Shown here: piece after piece, positions 11,165 through 24,457 of the stretch
Position numbering within the stretch: the first letter of the stretch is position 1
Layout of the letters: each line of letters begins with the position of its first letter
Source of the DNA: Octopus vulgaris
Taxonomy: Eukaryota
Length of the DNA stretch: 64,000 nucleotides
Assembly (NCBI GenBank): GCA_951406725.2
Contig: OX597836.1
Location: forward strand, 32,116,001 to 32,180,000
Direction of reading: 5' to 3'
Program-made: the position numbers and the translations under genes
The notes under the pieces: generated by a model
Told to the model about the DNA's origin: nothing
Seen by the model: only the letters and a program-made list of their open reading frames with translations
Database searches by the model: none

Positions 11165-11466
11165 TTGCACCTAGAAAGGTAACCTCCCAAGTACAAGTCC
11201 GGGCAAGGTTGTTTATGGAAGACCAGCAGTCACCCATGCATACCAGCTTCCCCTCTCCACACCACTGATGTTATCCAAGGGAAAGTCAAAGGCCAATATA
11301 AGTTGGCACCTGTGATGTCACATCTCATTTCTACAGCTGAGTGAACTGGAGCAACGCGAAATAAAGTGTCTTGCTCAAAAACACAACAAGCAGTCCGGTC
11401 CGGGATTCGAACTCACAACCTCACGATCGTAAGCTTGACACTCTAACCACTGAGCCATGCACCTTC

Positions 11467-11467
<1 letters not shown>
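11165..11467 (-). mobile_element. tRNA-derived SINE
   Basis: Reverse complement has A box TGGCTCAGTGG and B box AGTTCGAATCC, then body TTGAGCAAGACACTT...TTGCTCCAGTTCACTCAGCTG. Confidence 0.7.
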
Positions 11468-11517
<50 letters not shown>

Positions 11518-11519
<2 letters not shown>

Positions 11520-11715
11520 GGCTGCATGCAGGACAAAATGTTTTACTGTCTTAAGGTTCTGAGTTCAGATTCCTCTAAGCTAAGCTTTGCCTTTCGCATA
11601 ATCTCAAGGTCAATGAAATAAGCACCAGTTAAGCACTGAAGCCAATGTAATCAAGTAACCCCACCCACCACTCTACTGAAAACCTGAAGCCTTCTACCTA
11701 TAGTAAAAACGATAA
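11518..11715 (+). mobile_element. Meta-domain SINE, degenerate, starting right after (ATT)n
   Basis: Family match. Confidence 0.65.
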
Positions 11716-11721
11716 ACATCA

Positions 11722-12018
11722 CCCTTTTCAAGCTTAGCCATGTTCATGGGCCCGGTTTCCCAGTTTCTGTGGGGTATGTGTTCCTCCCAGCTGGACGGGA
11801 TGCCGGTCCATTGCATCGTTACTCAAGAAACAGGAAGAGAGAGTGAGAGAAAGTTGGGGTGAAAGAGTACAACAGGGGTTGCCACCACCCCCTGCTGGAG
11901 CCTCGTGGAGCTTTTAGGTGTTTTCACTCAATAAACATACACAACGCCTGGTCTGGGAATTGAAACCGCGATCCTCTGACCACCAGTCCTCTGCCCTAAC
12001 CACTGGGCCATTGCACCT
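11722..12018 (-). mobile_element. SINE with tRNA-Arg-like head
   Basis: Reverse complement GCAATGGCCCAGTGGTTAGGGCAG...GGTTTCAATTCCCAGACC. Same head at 47665-47977, 53149-53460 and 54497-54768. Confidence 0.8.
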
Positions 12019-12659
12019 ATAGTATTTCACATTTCTCCAATCCACTCAGATTGTACTCAGCTGAGTTGTACTTGTAATTCAAAGGGGCTAGTTTTCTCAC
12101 CTTCTGTGTCACACCAAATCTCCCCGAGAACAACATTAAGGATATGCATGTCTGTGGAGTGCTCAGCCGCTTGCACCTCCATTTATGCCTATAGTAGAAA
12201 AGATTATTATAATTAGTTTTTCTGACTTGTCTTTTTAGTTCAATTGAAAATAGTTAACTTTAACCTATTACTAGGACTGCTAGTGTATTGATTTCTGTTA
12301 CGTTAGTATTTTTTTTCAGTTAGCTCTCTTAATTTGTTCTTTCAATTATTTGCATTATACATTTACAAGAGTTCATTGATTCCTAAGTATTTCTACGTCT
12401 GTGTTTAGTTTAATTGTCTTATCTCAGTTCCTTTATCTAGCATGACATTAGTATTTGTAATTAATTTCTCTCGCTCTCTTCCATGTTACCTTGGTGCATT
12501 TCCCCTAATCCAAAACTCATATCAGTTTCTCTGGTAAATCCAGGCACTTTACTCTACTCAATGCATTTGTATCCGAAACAATCCTGTTTGACATGTTGGT
12601 TAATGGTGTCTGAGCAAGACCAAAAAAAAAAAAACAAAAAAACAAATAGAATCACAGTC

Positions 12660-13100
12660 AGGGCTGTGTGGTAGGAAGTTTGTTTTCCAACCACATGATT
12701 CTGGGTTCAATCCCAATGCGTGGCATCTTTGGCAAATGTCTTCTACTATAGCCTCAGACTGTCCAAACCTTGTGAGTGGATTTCATAGATGGGAATTGAA
12801 AGACGCCCTTCCCAACCACATGGTTTTGGGTTCAGCCCCACTGCATGGCACCTCGGGCAAGTGTCTTCTACTATGGCCCCAGGCCAACCAAAGCCTTGTA
12901 TGTAAATTAAGTAGATGGAAACTGAAAGAAGTTTATTGTATATAAGTGCATGCAGTCGTGTGTGCGTACTGACAGAATAAGTACCAGGCTTAAAGAAGAA
13001 AAAAAGTCCTGTAGTTGATTTATCTGAGTAAAATTCTCCAAGGTGGTGCCCCAGCATGGCCACAATCAAATGACTGAAACAAGTAAAAGAATAAAAGTGA
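12660..13100 (+). mobile_element. CORE-type SINE with duplicated 5' half
   Basis: Head segment CCAACCACATG...GGAAACTGAAAGA occurs twice in tandem before the common 3' end. Confidence 0.75.
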
Positions 13101-13150
13101 AAAAAGAATATTTTAATCTTTCTAAAATAATGTTTAAAGTGATCTGTAGG

Positions 13151-13423
13151 ATCGAAAATACAATTTCAAAGTGTTCATGGTGTCATTGTGAGGATCTGAT
13201 GAAAGACTTTGCAATTAAAAAAAAAAACAGAAGAAAATGTTTTAAATATAAATAAAGTGTAAGAATACAAAATAAACATTATTTTTCATCTTACACTTAG
13301 ATTTGTTTCATTGTGAAAAATATAAAATTATTTTATGGCTTATTATTGTTTATATTTTGAATTACATATATTTGGGGGCACCAAAGGCTTTAAAGTGCCT
13401 CTATGGGTCTTAATTTGGCTCTG
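13151..13423 (+). mobile_element. hAT transposon 3' end (transposase C-terminus plus terminus)
   Basis: IENTISK...EDLMKDFAIKKKNRRKCF resembles the end of the hAT dimerization domain (IE...D.I.DFA..K.R). Ends GGGCACC...TCTTAATTTGGCTCTG, like TAATCCGGCCCTG termini. Confidence 0.55.
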
Positions 13424-13584
13424 ATCTAAGCACATACAAACAAATGCTTTATTGCACTCTCCTGTTTTTTAAGATCAGAGTGTGATTTGTGAGAGATGTA
13501 GTTCGTTTTTCTTGCAAAATGATGCAACCATGTAGAGGCTCTTTTATTTGTTTTCTTTTTTCCTTTCTTGCCTTATTCTTTTTG

Positions 13585-13966
13585 GGAGGCACAGATGTGG
13601 CTGCATGGTAAGGAGTTTGCTTCCCAACCACATAGTTCCAGGTTCAGTCCCACTGCATGGTACTTTGGACAAATCTCTTCTGTTGATGAATGCCTTGTGA
13701 GTGGATTTGGTAAACAGAAACTGAAAGAAACCTGCCATGTGTGTGTGTGTGTGTGTTTGTATTTTTGTGTCTTATGTTTGTGTTTGTCCACCACCACCAC
13801 TTGGCAACCAGTGTTGGTTTGTTTACATCCCTCTTACTTAGTGATTTGACATAAGAGGCTGATAGAGAAAAAAAGTACCAGGTTCCAGTTCCTCTAACTA
13901 AATTCTTTCAGGACAATGCGCCAGCATGTCCGCAATCCAATGATTGAAACAAGTAAAAGATAAAAG
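13585..13966 (+). mobile_element. CORE-type SINE, diverged
   Basis: Family match. Confidence 0.75.
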
Positions 13967-14274
13967 AACAGAACTGGAGACATTTTGTGTACAGATTAGA
14001 TTTATATGCTGTATCATTACATCTGTGTGGAGGATATGTTCCATTTAATCATCAACAGCATCATCACCACCACCACCAACAACACGACGACGTGGACCAC
14101 CACCACCTCCATCACCACCATCGTCGTTGTCATCATCATCATCACCAAGTAGATTAAGGAAGAGATAATGTGATAAAAATCTATGGTAAAAAGAAAATCT
14201 CATTTCATAAACAATTTGACATGATGGCTTTTTTCATGGCTGTTGCAGAAGCAGTAGTTTTGTTGTTGTTGCTG

Positions 14275-14821
14275 AGGTGGTGGTGGTGGTGGTGGTGGCG
14301 GCGGCGGTTGTGGTGGTCGTGGTCGTGGTGGGGCAGTAGTGGCGGTTGTGGTGGTGGCGGTGGTGGTGGCGGTGGCGGCGGCGGTTGTGGTGGTGGTGGT
14401 GGTGGTGGTGGTGATGATGGTGGTAGTGGTGGTGCTGGTGGTGACGGCGGCGCTTGTGGTGGTAGTGGTGGTGGTGGGGCAGTAGTGGCGGTTGTGGTGG
14501 TGGTGGTGGTGGTGGGGCGGTAGTGGCAGTTGTGGTGGTGGTGGTGATTTTTGATGAACTTATAAATAATTATGAATTTATTTTACTATCTATTTGGAAC
14601 TTTGATGATGAGGAGGAGGAGGATGACGACAATGACAGCGACAATGATGATGATGACAACGTTGACAATGATGAAACCGACAATGATGATGATGATGATG
14701 ATGATGATGATGGTGGTGATGACAATGATGACAGTGATGAAACCAATGGTGATGATGACGACGATGATGATGATGAGGAGGATATCAAGAACAATGATGA
14801 TGATGATGATGATAATGATGG

Positions 14822-14856
<35 letters not shown>

Positions 14857-14870
14857 ATGCTGATGGTGAT
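14275..14870. repeat. (GGT)n and (GAT)n degenerate microsatellites
   Basis: Directly visible; source of the poly-Gly/Asp/Met ORFs. Confidence 0.9.
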
Positions 14871-15046
14871 TACATTAGCACTGAAAAGAATAATATTAAA
14901 GCTGGAGGGTCAAATTTTTATAAACCAGGAGCAGATTTTTAACAACAGCAACAACAACAAGAACAATGACAACAACAAAAACAAATGAAAAGCATGTATC
15001 CCTACTCTTTTATCCGTAGCTAATGTAGGTTGGTCGATTCATATGA

Positions 15047-15135
15047 TTCTCTCTCTCTCTTTCTCTTTCTCTCTTTCTCTCTCTCTCTCTTTCTGTCTCT
15101 CTCTCTCTCTCTCTCTCTGTCTCTTTCTCTCTCTG

Positions 15136-15210
<75 letters not shown>

Positions 15211-15290
15211 TTCTCTTTCTCTCTCTCTTTCTCTTTCTCTCTCTCTCTTTCTCTCTCTCTCTCTTTCTCTTTCTCTCTCTCTCTCTCTTT

Positions 15291-15323
<33 letters not shown>

Positions 15324-15390
15324 TCTCTCTCTTTCTCTCTTTCTCTTTCTCTCTTTCTCTCTCTCTCTTTCTCTTTCTCTCTCTCTCTCC
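15047..15390. repeat. (TC)n polypyrimidine microsatellite
   Basis: Directly visible. Confidence 0.95.
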
Positions 15391-15987
15391 TTTTCTACGG
15401 AAGGGATTCCCAGAACTCAACAAGTTTGAATTAATTATTGTTAAGGAATTTGGTTTTACGGATGCATTCGAAATAGCTCGTTACAAAAGATTTTTTAATA
15501 CTTTTAACACATTTTAGGAATTGTTCAATGGTGAGTTTTTGTCATGCTTTGATGCACTTTGACAAACTGTAGAGTTGTTTGAATTATTGAATATGCTATA
15601 GGAAAAAAAAAAAAAATAACCACCACAACCACCACCACCACCACCACGCCACCGAAACAAACCAAAACGGAATCATTGAAAGTATTGGAAATTGGTTTTG
15701 CAGGGATTTTACAATGGATGTGTTTAATGTAAGCATTGAGGAGTTTCTGTCAGTTTTGGTTTATTCTTGGTTGGGTTCTCCGAAAGAATGGAAAGGAAGA
15801 TGGAAGTGAAAAGCTAAAATAACTATAAGAAGGAATGAAAGGAAACAAAAGACAAAAGAAAAAGGGAAAAAAAATAATGGCTAGAAGCCTACATCCGAAT
15901 TACCTCCAATTTCTAGCGGATAATGGAATCAATAAACTCTGGTGTGGTTAATAAAATTTTTGAGTTCTCAAAAGTAAAAAAGAGAAG

Positions 15988-16052
15988 AGATAGATAGACA
16001 GATGGATAGATAGACAGATGGATAGATAGATAGATAGATGGATAGATAGATG

Positions 16053-16110
<58 letters not shown>

Positions 16111-16153
16111 CAAACAGATAGATGGATAGATAGGCAGATAGATAGATAGACAG

Positions 16154-16233
<80 letters not shown>

Positions 16234-16335
16234 GCAGATAGATAAAATAGATAGATAGACAGAGAGATAGATAGATAAAGAAGTAAATACACAGAAAGGG
16301 TAGAGACAGAGATAGCAAGATAGATAGAGAGAGAG
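15988..16335. repeat. (GATA)n/(TA)n microsatellite
   Basis: Directly visible. Confidence 0.95.
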
Positions 16336-16634
16336 GGAATGTGAGAGATTCATTGTATATGATTGTTATTGCTCGCAGGTAGTTAGAAGTGCTATTTTAA
16401 ATTTCGTGGGATGTCACGTACAAAAAAGAAGTTTGCTTTAATGCAGGCCATAAATTTGATGTTACATCGATGCTATAGAACATCTGAAATGTGCGTACAA
16501 CTTGTAAAAGGCTTTGCCATAATTAATAGAACAAGCAGCAGATGGTGATCTTATTTTTATTAATTTGATTTTTTCAGTCAGTGCATAGGAACCATTCTGG
16601 AGCACTGCCCTCAAGAACTTTTAGTCAATCAGAT

Positions 16635-17035
16635 CCACACACATGCACACACACACACACACACATGCACATGCATACACACACACACATGCACATGCAT
16701 ACACACACTTGCATACACGCATACACACATGCAGGCACACATGTAGGCATATACACACATGCATACAATTACATACACTTGCACAAACATACACTCACAT
16801 ACATGCATGCATACACACATGTACACACACACACATACATTCACACACTTGCACACACATACACTCATATACATGCATGCTTGCACACATGCACATGCAC
16901 ACAAACACACATACCCACATGCACATGCGCACACACATACAGACACACACATACATATATACACACTCATGCATAAACACACTTGCACATACACACACAT
17001 GCATACACACATGCACACACACACACATGCACACA
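16635..17035. repeat. Degenerate (CA)n microsatellite
   Basis: Directly visible. Confidence 0.95.
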
Positions 17036-17994
17036 TATTGATCCTCCCAGTAATTTGTCTGGTGTTTACTTTTATCTACTTCAGAAAAATGAAAGGTAAA
17101 GTCTACCCAGGTGTACAGGGCTGTAATCAAAAATAAAATAATTTTGTTCAGTGCTCCAGCCTAGTCAGTCGTTCCCTGCCAATCAAAATCATCATCATTA
17201 TTACCATCATCATCAACATTATTACATCATCATCATCATCGTTGTCGTTGTCATCATCATCATCATTGTCATAATCATCATCATTTTCATCGCTGTCTTT
17301 GTCATCATCATCATCATCATCATTTAACATCCGTTCTCCATGCTTCCATGGGTCGGACCATTTGGAAATTGGTTTTGCAGGGATTTTACAATGAATGTGC
17401 TTAATGTAAGCATTGAGGAGTTACATCGACCCCAATATCTAACTGGTACTTACTTTATCAACTCTGAAAGGATGAAAGGCAATATTAACCTCAACAGAAT
17501 TCGAAATCAGAACATGAAGACGGATAAAATGTTGCTAATTATTTTACTCAGCATGCTAACGATTCTGTCTGCTCACCGCCTTCTGCCATTAAATATATTA
17601 ATTTTAACTTATTGTTTATTTATCATGTGGTTGACATTTTTTATATACTCGTTAATTCTTGACGCTTATTCATGCACACTGCTTGTGAATTGCTTAATGA
17701 TTTTCTTGTCATCAGTTTGGTGAGTACAGACAAGTATATTATTCCTCTAGAAAATCTAATAAAACCAAAGCGTATATACAGTTATCTTGCATACTTGTCA
17801 AAATCATTAAGATAATATTTGTCAATAAGATAATGTTGTATTTTCTTCCTTACCTAATTATTTGAATTTTTGTTGTTCACTTCATGAGTTATGCCAATAC
17901 TGTTGTGTCTCGTGGTGTCTTTGAGTAATTAATCTTAATGTTATTATGTATTAAAAGGCAATATACATATATTTGAGAGACACACACACAATAC

Positions 17995-18997
17995 ATCTAT
18001 AAGAGATTTTATTTCAGATGAAAGATGCAGCATCATGCTTGTCAAAAGTATGTATACATCAAGTATGATGCATAGATGATTATTTTAGTTTGATACTGCA
18101 TCGATTGCATACACTGAGTTTATAGTTAGCCCAGTAGCTATTTGCAGTATCAGTGAATGTATTTTTCATTGTTTTTTATATATCAAGGATGTAAAACTTT
18201 ATCTAAGCATGTGACTACAAGTGCATGCCATTAACAAGGCACAAGAAGGCCAAAATGCATCTGGCTTTCAAGATAGCTACTACAGAGTGGCTTTCCATTT
18301 TCTCCCAATATATATTAGGTTTTATTCAACAAAAACAATAACAACATTTAACAAAAACATCTTTAAATGATTATTCCGACTGGCTGCCAAGTAAATGGGA
18401 AGCAGTAACTGAAGTTGATGGTGAATATGCATCGGAATACTCATTTAAAAATGTTTTTGTTATATGTTATTATAGTTTTGGTTGAATAAAATTTATTGAA
18501 AAAAAAGCCACAATAATTATGCACCAACCTAATATATATATACACACACACATACACATATCTACATATACATACACACACACACACACATGCACATATT
18601 AAATAAGATACATGAATGACTATTTTAATTCAATATAACTTGAATTGCATACACTGAGTTTATATTCAGCCCAGTAGCTATTCCCAATATCAGTGAATGT
18701 ATAATTGTTTATACATTATATACTGGGGATAAAAAATTTTGTCTAAGCATATGGCTTCAAGTGTGCATCGTTAGCTTCAAGAATTTTAGTCACATGAATT
18801 GATGCCAGTGCTTACTTATTCTATCAGTCTCTTTGCCAAGCTGCTAAGTTACAAGGACATAAACATACCAACACTAGTTGTAAAGTGGTGGTGTGGACAA
18901 ACAAGGACACACATAAAGACACACATACACACACACACACACACACAATTTTATGATGGGCTTCTTTCAGTTTCTGTCCACCAAATCATCATCATCA

Positions 18998-19049
<52 letters not shown>

Positions 19050-19410
19050 AGTTTAAGTAGAACCATTAGCATGCTGGGAAAAATGCTTAACAGCATTTCA
19101 TCTGTCTTTATTTTCTGATTTGAAATTCCACCAAGGTCACCTTTGCTTTTTATCCACTCAGCCTGAGGCTATAGCAGAAGACACTTGCCCAAGGTGTCTT
19201 GCTGTGGGACTGAACCCAGAACCATGTGATTGGTAAGCAAACTTCTTACCACATACCTTCATCACCTATATAAGAGATTTTATCTTTGACAAAAACTGCA
19301 ATAAATTGCCTGTTAATGGAGTATATACATTTAGTATGATACATAGATGGCTCTTTCAAACTACTTTTCTATCTATTTCAGTTACAAGATTGCATGCACA
19401 CTGAGGTAGT
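17995..19410 (+). repeat. Local degenerate triplication with a conserved hairpin core
   Basis: TGCATACACTGAGTTTATA..AGCCCAGTAGCTATT...ATCAGTGAATGTA at 18106-18161 and 18646-18701. TATAAGAGATTTTAT...GTATGAT.CATAGATG at ~17998 and ~19268. Confidence 0.7.
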
Positions 19411-19694
19411 ACCTTCAAGCATTTTTAGTCACATTAATTTGATTTTAGTTTGTTTCATGCCTCAGTGCAGCAATTCCTCTTATATTTCCATATTAACTGT
19501 TTGGTATTTGATAGTTTAATGCCTGTTGTTAAGTCTTTGGGCAGGAGGTAAAGTTCTCTCAAGATATTAGCATTCGGAGAACAAACACTGGAAAATATTC
19601 CCAAAACACAGATTTTTCCAACTGACAACAAAAACAATAATATAAAACAAAGAGATATAAATATTGTACATAAACTATTATATGACTGTGAGTA

Positions 19695-19738
<44 letters not shown>

Positions 19739-19938
19739 TGTATGTTTGTGTGTGTGTGTCTGTCAGTGTGTGTTTGTGGTGTGTGTGTGTGCACAGACAC
19801 ACACACCACACACACATGCATGTACACATATGTATAATCTTGTTCAATTTCAGTTTACAGAGTATAATCTTTATGGCATGGCTATTAGTTTCAAATGGTT
19901 CTTAACTGAGAAAGTATTGATTTCATCTTTGCTTTTAA

Positions 19939-20059
<121 letters not shown>

Positions 20060-20069
20060 GTGATAATAA

Positions 20070-20292
20070 TTCTTTCTGCTAAAGGCTCATGACCTGAAAA
20101 TTTTGGAGGCAGATACTAGTCAATTACATTGACCCCCCCCCCCCCAATGTCTCACTGGTACTTAATTTATCAACCCTGAAAGGATGAAAGGCAAAGGTGA
20201 CCTTGGTGGAATTTCAAATCAGAAAATAAAGACAGATGAAATGCTGTTAAGCATTTTTCCCAGCATGCTAATGGTTCTACTAGCTCACCACC

Positions 20293-20293
<1 letters not shown>
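20070..20293 (-). mobile_element. Meta-domain SINE between (TAA)n arrays
   Basis: Family match; both ends abut (TAA)n. Confidence 0.8.
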
Positions 20294-20365
<72 letters not shown>

Positions 20366-20387
20366 TGATGATGATGATGATGATGAT

Positions 20388-20440
<53 letters not shown>

Positions 20441-20444
20441 TAAT

Positions 20445-20784
20445 GATGATAATGTTCTCTAAAATAAATAGAGACACTCTCAAAATCCAAAGATCTAGAA
20501 ATAAAGATAATCTGTATGTTGAGCCTAAAATCAGAAACAGTCCCTATAATAATAGGTGCATTAGGTATGATTGAAAAACTTTCAGGCAAATACATAACCA
20601 AAACATGAGGGCTTATGTGTATATATAACATACAGAAAATAGCACTACTAGGCACTGCACACATCCTACATAAACTATTTTCCTTACAGTGAAAATAAGA
20701 GCACCACAACAAACTACAGCACATACCCAAGGCCCGCAGAGCTGTGTTCAGTTGTACAGTCAAAGCATGTGATAAAGATAAGAC

Positions 20785-20785
<1 letters not shown>
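20445..20785 (+). mobile_element. R4/Dong-clade non-LTR retrotransposon 3' fragment
   Basis: Degenerate SKSKDLEIKI...ETVPIIIGALGMI...NIQKIALLGTAHILHK plus a 3' UTR shared with the 28270 and 29124 copies; inside (TAA)n. Confidence 0.8.
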
Positions 20786-20845
<60 letters not shown>

Positions 20846-20875
20846 GTAATAATAATGATAATAACAATAATAGTA

Positions 20876-20938
<63 letters not shown>

Positions 20939-21832
20939 GTTTCAAATTTTGTTACAAGGCCAGCAACTTTTGGGAAAGGGGTAAATGGACATCACCAATC
21001 TAGTGCTTGACTGTCTACTAAGTCAACTCGCACGACATTGGCCAGTGCAGGCTGTAGCAGAAGAGACTTATCTAAGGTACCACACAGTGGGACCAAACCT
21101 GAAACCATATGATTGCAAAGCAAGCTTCTTAATCGCACAGTCGAGCCTGCATCTAGATACTATTAATGTGATAACACATCAGAGAATTTAAATTCTAAAC
21201 TTTGAAAGATTTTCACAAAACAGACTCTCACTCCTTATTACTGTGCATGCTATATTCTGCCATGTTCTAACTAAATTACCAATAATAAAACAATTATTTA
21301 TCTAATTGGAATTTTGTACACCTACACAGTTTTGTCATTTAATTGTTCTGCTGCCAACCAAGGTGTTGTATAAGACTGACATTAGTTGCTGATGGTAGCA
21401 AATTTGCATTTTGAATGAGAAAGCCAATGACTGTCCGCATAAAAATTTAATAACTGAAGATTGATTAATTGCTTTTAATTATAATTCAATCACAGTAAAA
21501 CTGCAGGTATCAAAACGGACAAAGTTTAAATAAGTATATTCCAAGTTGATTCCAGATTTTGGCACAAGAACAGCAATTTTGGAAAGGGTTTGAGTTGAAT
21601 ACATCAGCCCTAGTGCTTGAGTGGTAAGTATTTTATCAACCCTGAAATGATGAAAAGCAAAGTGAATCTCAGCAGAATTTGAATCCAGAATGTAAAGACA
21701 GATGAAATGCCATTAAGCATTTTGCCTGATGTGCTAATGTCTCTACCAGCTTGCCATGTTAGTGTGTTCCAAATAGAAAAGTATAGAACTGCTGTTGTTC
21801 TTGTTGTTTTCTAACCCCAGGTGAGCTTTTAA

Positions 21833-22461
21833 CTCTTTTGCATTTAATCTGGCCCAATCCAGATCAAATATTCTACCTGTTTTATGTTCAAACTAGTCAG
21901 ATCTGGCCTCACACTCCGATTTTACAATCATCATCATCACCATCATCGTTTAACGTCCGCTTTCCATGCTAGCATGGGTTGAATGATTTGACTGAGGACT
22001 GGCAAACCAGATGGCTGCACCAAGCTCCAGTCTTGCTCTGGCAGAGTTTCTACAGCTGGATGCCCTTCCTAATGTCAACCACTCCGAGAGTATAGTGGGT
22101 GCTTTTACATGCCACCAGCATGGGGGCCGGTCATGCGTTACTGGCAACGACCTCACTCGAATCTTTTTACACATGCCACCAGCACAGGTGCCAGTAAGGC
22201 AACACTGGTAACGATCACGCTTGAATGGTGCTTTTACGTGCCACCAGCACGGAAGCCAGTTAGCTGCTCTGGCAAGGATCATGCTTAGATGGTGCTCTTA
22301 GTACCCTACTAGCATGGGGCATAAGTGTCAGTAAGACAACATTATAAAAATATACAAACACACAATTGAAACGTTGAAGCTACAATATAACGTGTGAATA
22401 ATTCAAAACAATATGAATTAATAAGCTATACATCTGATGAAGAATTCTGAATGCTAAAGGG
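21833..22461. mobile_element. piggyBac-type non-autonomous element carrying a nested SINE (~21927-22340, minus)
   Basis: TTAA|CTCTTTTGCATT ... AATGCTAAAGGG|TTAA termini. Confidence 0.65.
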
Positions 22462-22676
22462 TTAAATAATTCCTTTCTGACCATTATTGTAGTTCCATTA
22501 TAATAATAATAATAATAATAATAATTATGATAATGGCAATAATAACAATAGTAATGATGATGATAATAATAATAATGATAATAATAATGATAACTATGAT
22601 AATGATAATAATAACAATGATAATAATAATAATGATAATAATAATGATAACTATGATAATGGTAATAATATCAATG

Positions 22677-22723
<47 letters not shown>

Positions 22724-22874
22724 TATGATAATGGCAATAATAACAATAGTAATGATGATGATAATAATAATAATGATAATAATAATGATAACTATGATAA
22801 GGATAATAATAACAATGATAATAATAATAATGATAATAATAATGATAACTATGATAATGGTAATAATATCAATG

Positions 22875-22939
<65 letters not shown>

Positions 22940-22940
<1 letters not shown>

Positions 22941-23963
22941 TTCTATCATCAAGGAAAGCAAAAAATTTGCTATTGATCTCGTGCAGGATACCCAAACTGA
23001 ACAACCCGAGGGAAGTATGGCAACTATTGTTGCAAAGAAGGTGAAAATGATGGCAATGAAAAAAGCGCACGAGCAAACCCATCAGTGGCTGCGGAGCTCA
23101 GGGCTAAAAGCAGAGAGCGAAGGTTTCATCCTGGCTGCTCAAGACCAAAGCCTATTAACCCGGAACTACCAGGCCAATGTGATGAAAAATGGAGCAGACC
23201 CAAAATGCCGATTCTGCAACGACATGATTGAAACAGTGGACCACCTAATCTCTGGATGTAAAGTCTTAGCACCAGTGGAGTATAAATTAAGACATGACAG
23301 AGTTGGCCAATATCTCCACTGGCTAATAAGTCGGCATTACAATATCAAAACTGCCGACAAGTGGTATAATCACCACCCTGAGGCTGTAACTGAAGGAGAA
23401 AATGTAACCATTCTGTGGGACTTTTCTGTATCATACAGACCGAACCATCAAGGCCAATAAACCAGATATTTTGTGAAAGACCAAAACAATAAAGTTTGCT
23501 TATTGATCGACATGAGCATCCCCTGTGATCATAATATCTCAGCGAAAGAGTTTGACAAGCTCAGAAAATATAAAGACCTACTCATTGAAATTGAGAAAAT
23601 GTGGCATCTCAAGGCGGTTACAATACCAGTGATCGTAGGAGCACTAGGAATGATCAAGAAGGGAACCGAAAATTATATGAGAATGATCCCTGGCTTACCA
23701 TCCCTGCAAGAAGTGCAAAAGATTGTCTTAACTGGTACATCACACGTATTGAGAAGAGCATTGTCGATGTGAGAACTGTTGCTGCTCATGTATTTTAATT
23801 TTAATTTAACTTAAAAAAAAAAAAAAAAAAAAAAATGAACGAACTACTGAGTTTGGTTTAATGGCCTACAAATATACACTATGAGTTTCTTTGCCCTAGG
23901 AGTCGGGAAGACACTCGGCAAGAAATGGAAGAAAATTTGAAAGAAGAAAAAAAAAAAAAAAAA
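22940..23963 (+). mobile_element. R4/Dong-clade non-LTR retrotransposon, 5'-truncated (CCHC knuckle, restriction-like endonuclease, 3' UTR, A-rich end)
   Basis: WLRSSGLKAESEGFILAAQDQ; CRFC-x5-TVDHLISGC; RHDRV; ILWDF..HTDRTIKANKPDI; IDMSIP; KLRKYKDL; IPVIVGALG; QKIVLTGTSHVLRRAL* (stop at 23772). Two compensating 1-nt indels at ~23431/23471. Flanked by (TAA)n. Confidence 0.92.
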
Positions 23964-24000
<37 letters not shown>

Positions 24001-24023
24001 TAATAATAATAAAAATAACAATG

Positions 24024-24073
<50 letters not shown>

Positions 24074-24457
24074 CCTTTAAATAATTCCTTTCTGACCATT
24101 CTGTCTTTCTTTCAGACATACTGTAAGAGGAACTACATTATTCTAGCAGCCAATGTAAGAGCAGAGCTCATTAGCCACCAATGGAACTGCAAATGTAAAA
24201 CACAAGTTAGCCGTAGAGCACACAATGTTTCTAAAAGTTAGCAATGGGCTTCCTCGGTCATGAGTGGATGGCCATCATCATGCGTATATGTATGGATATA
24301 TATATATTATCATTGTCATAATCATTTAATGTTCACTTTTCAATGCTAGCAAGAATCAGATGGGATTTGTTAAGGCAGGTTTTCTGTGGCCAGATACCCT
24401 TCCTGTTGCCAATCCTTACCTGTTCCAAGCAAACTAATAATATTTTCACCATGAAAA

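Noticed and set aside
15518-15530. Possible 13-nt micro-exon (ttttag|GAATTGTTCAATG|gtgagt)
   Set aside because: Good-looking splice signals but no partner exons or recognisable product; needs RNA-seq.
24116-24241. Possible exon after acceptor-like ctgac...tttcag (TYCKRNYIILAAN...)
   Set aside because: Short, no recognisable homology, no supported gene model.
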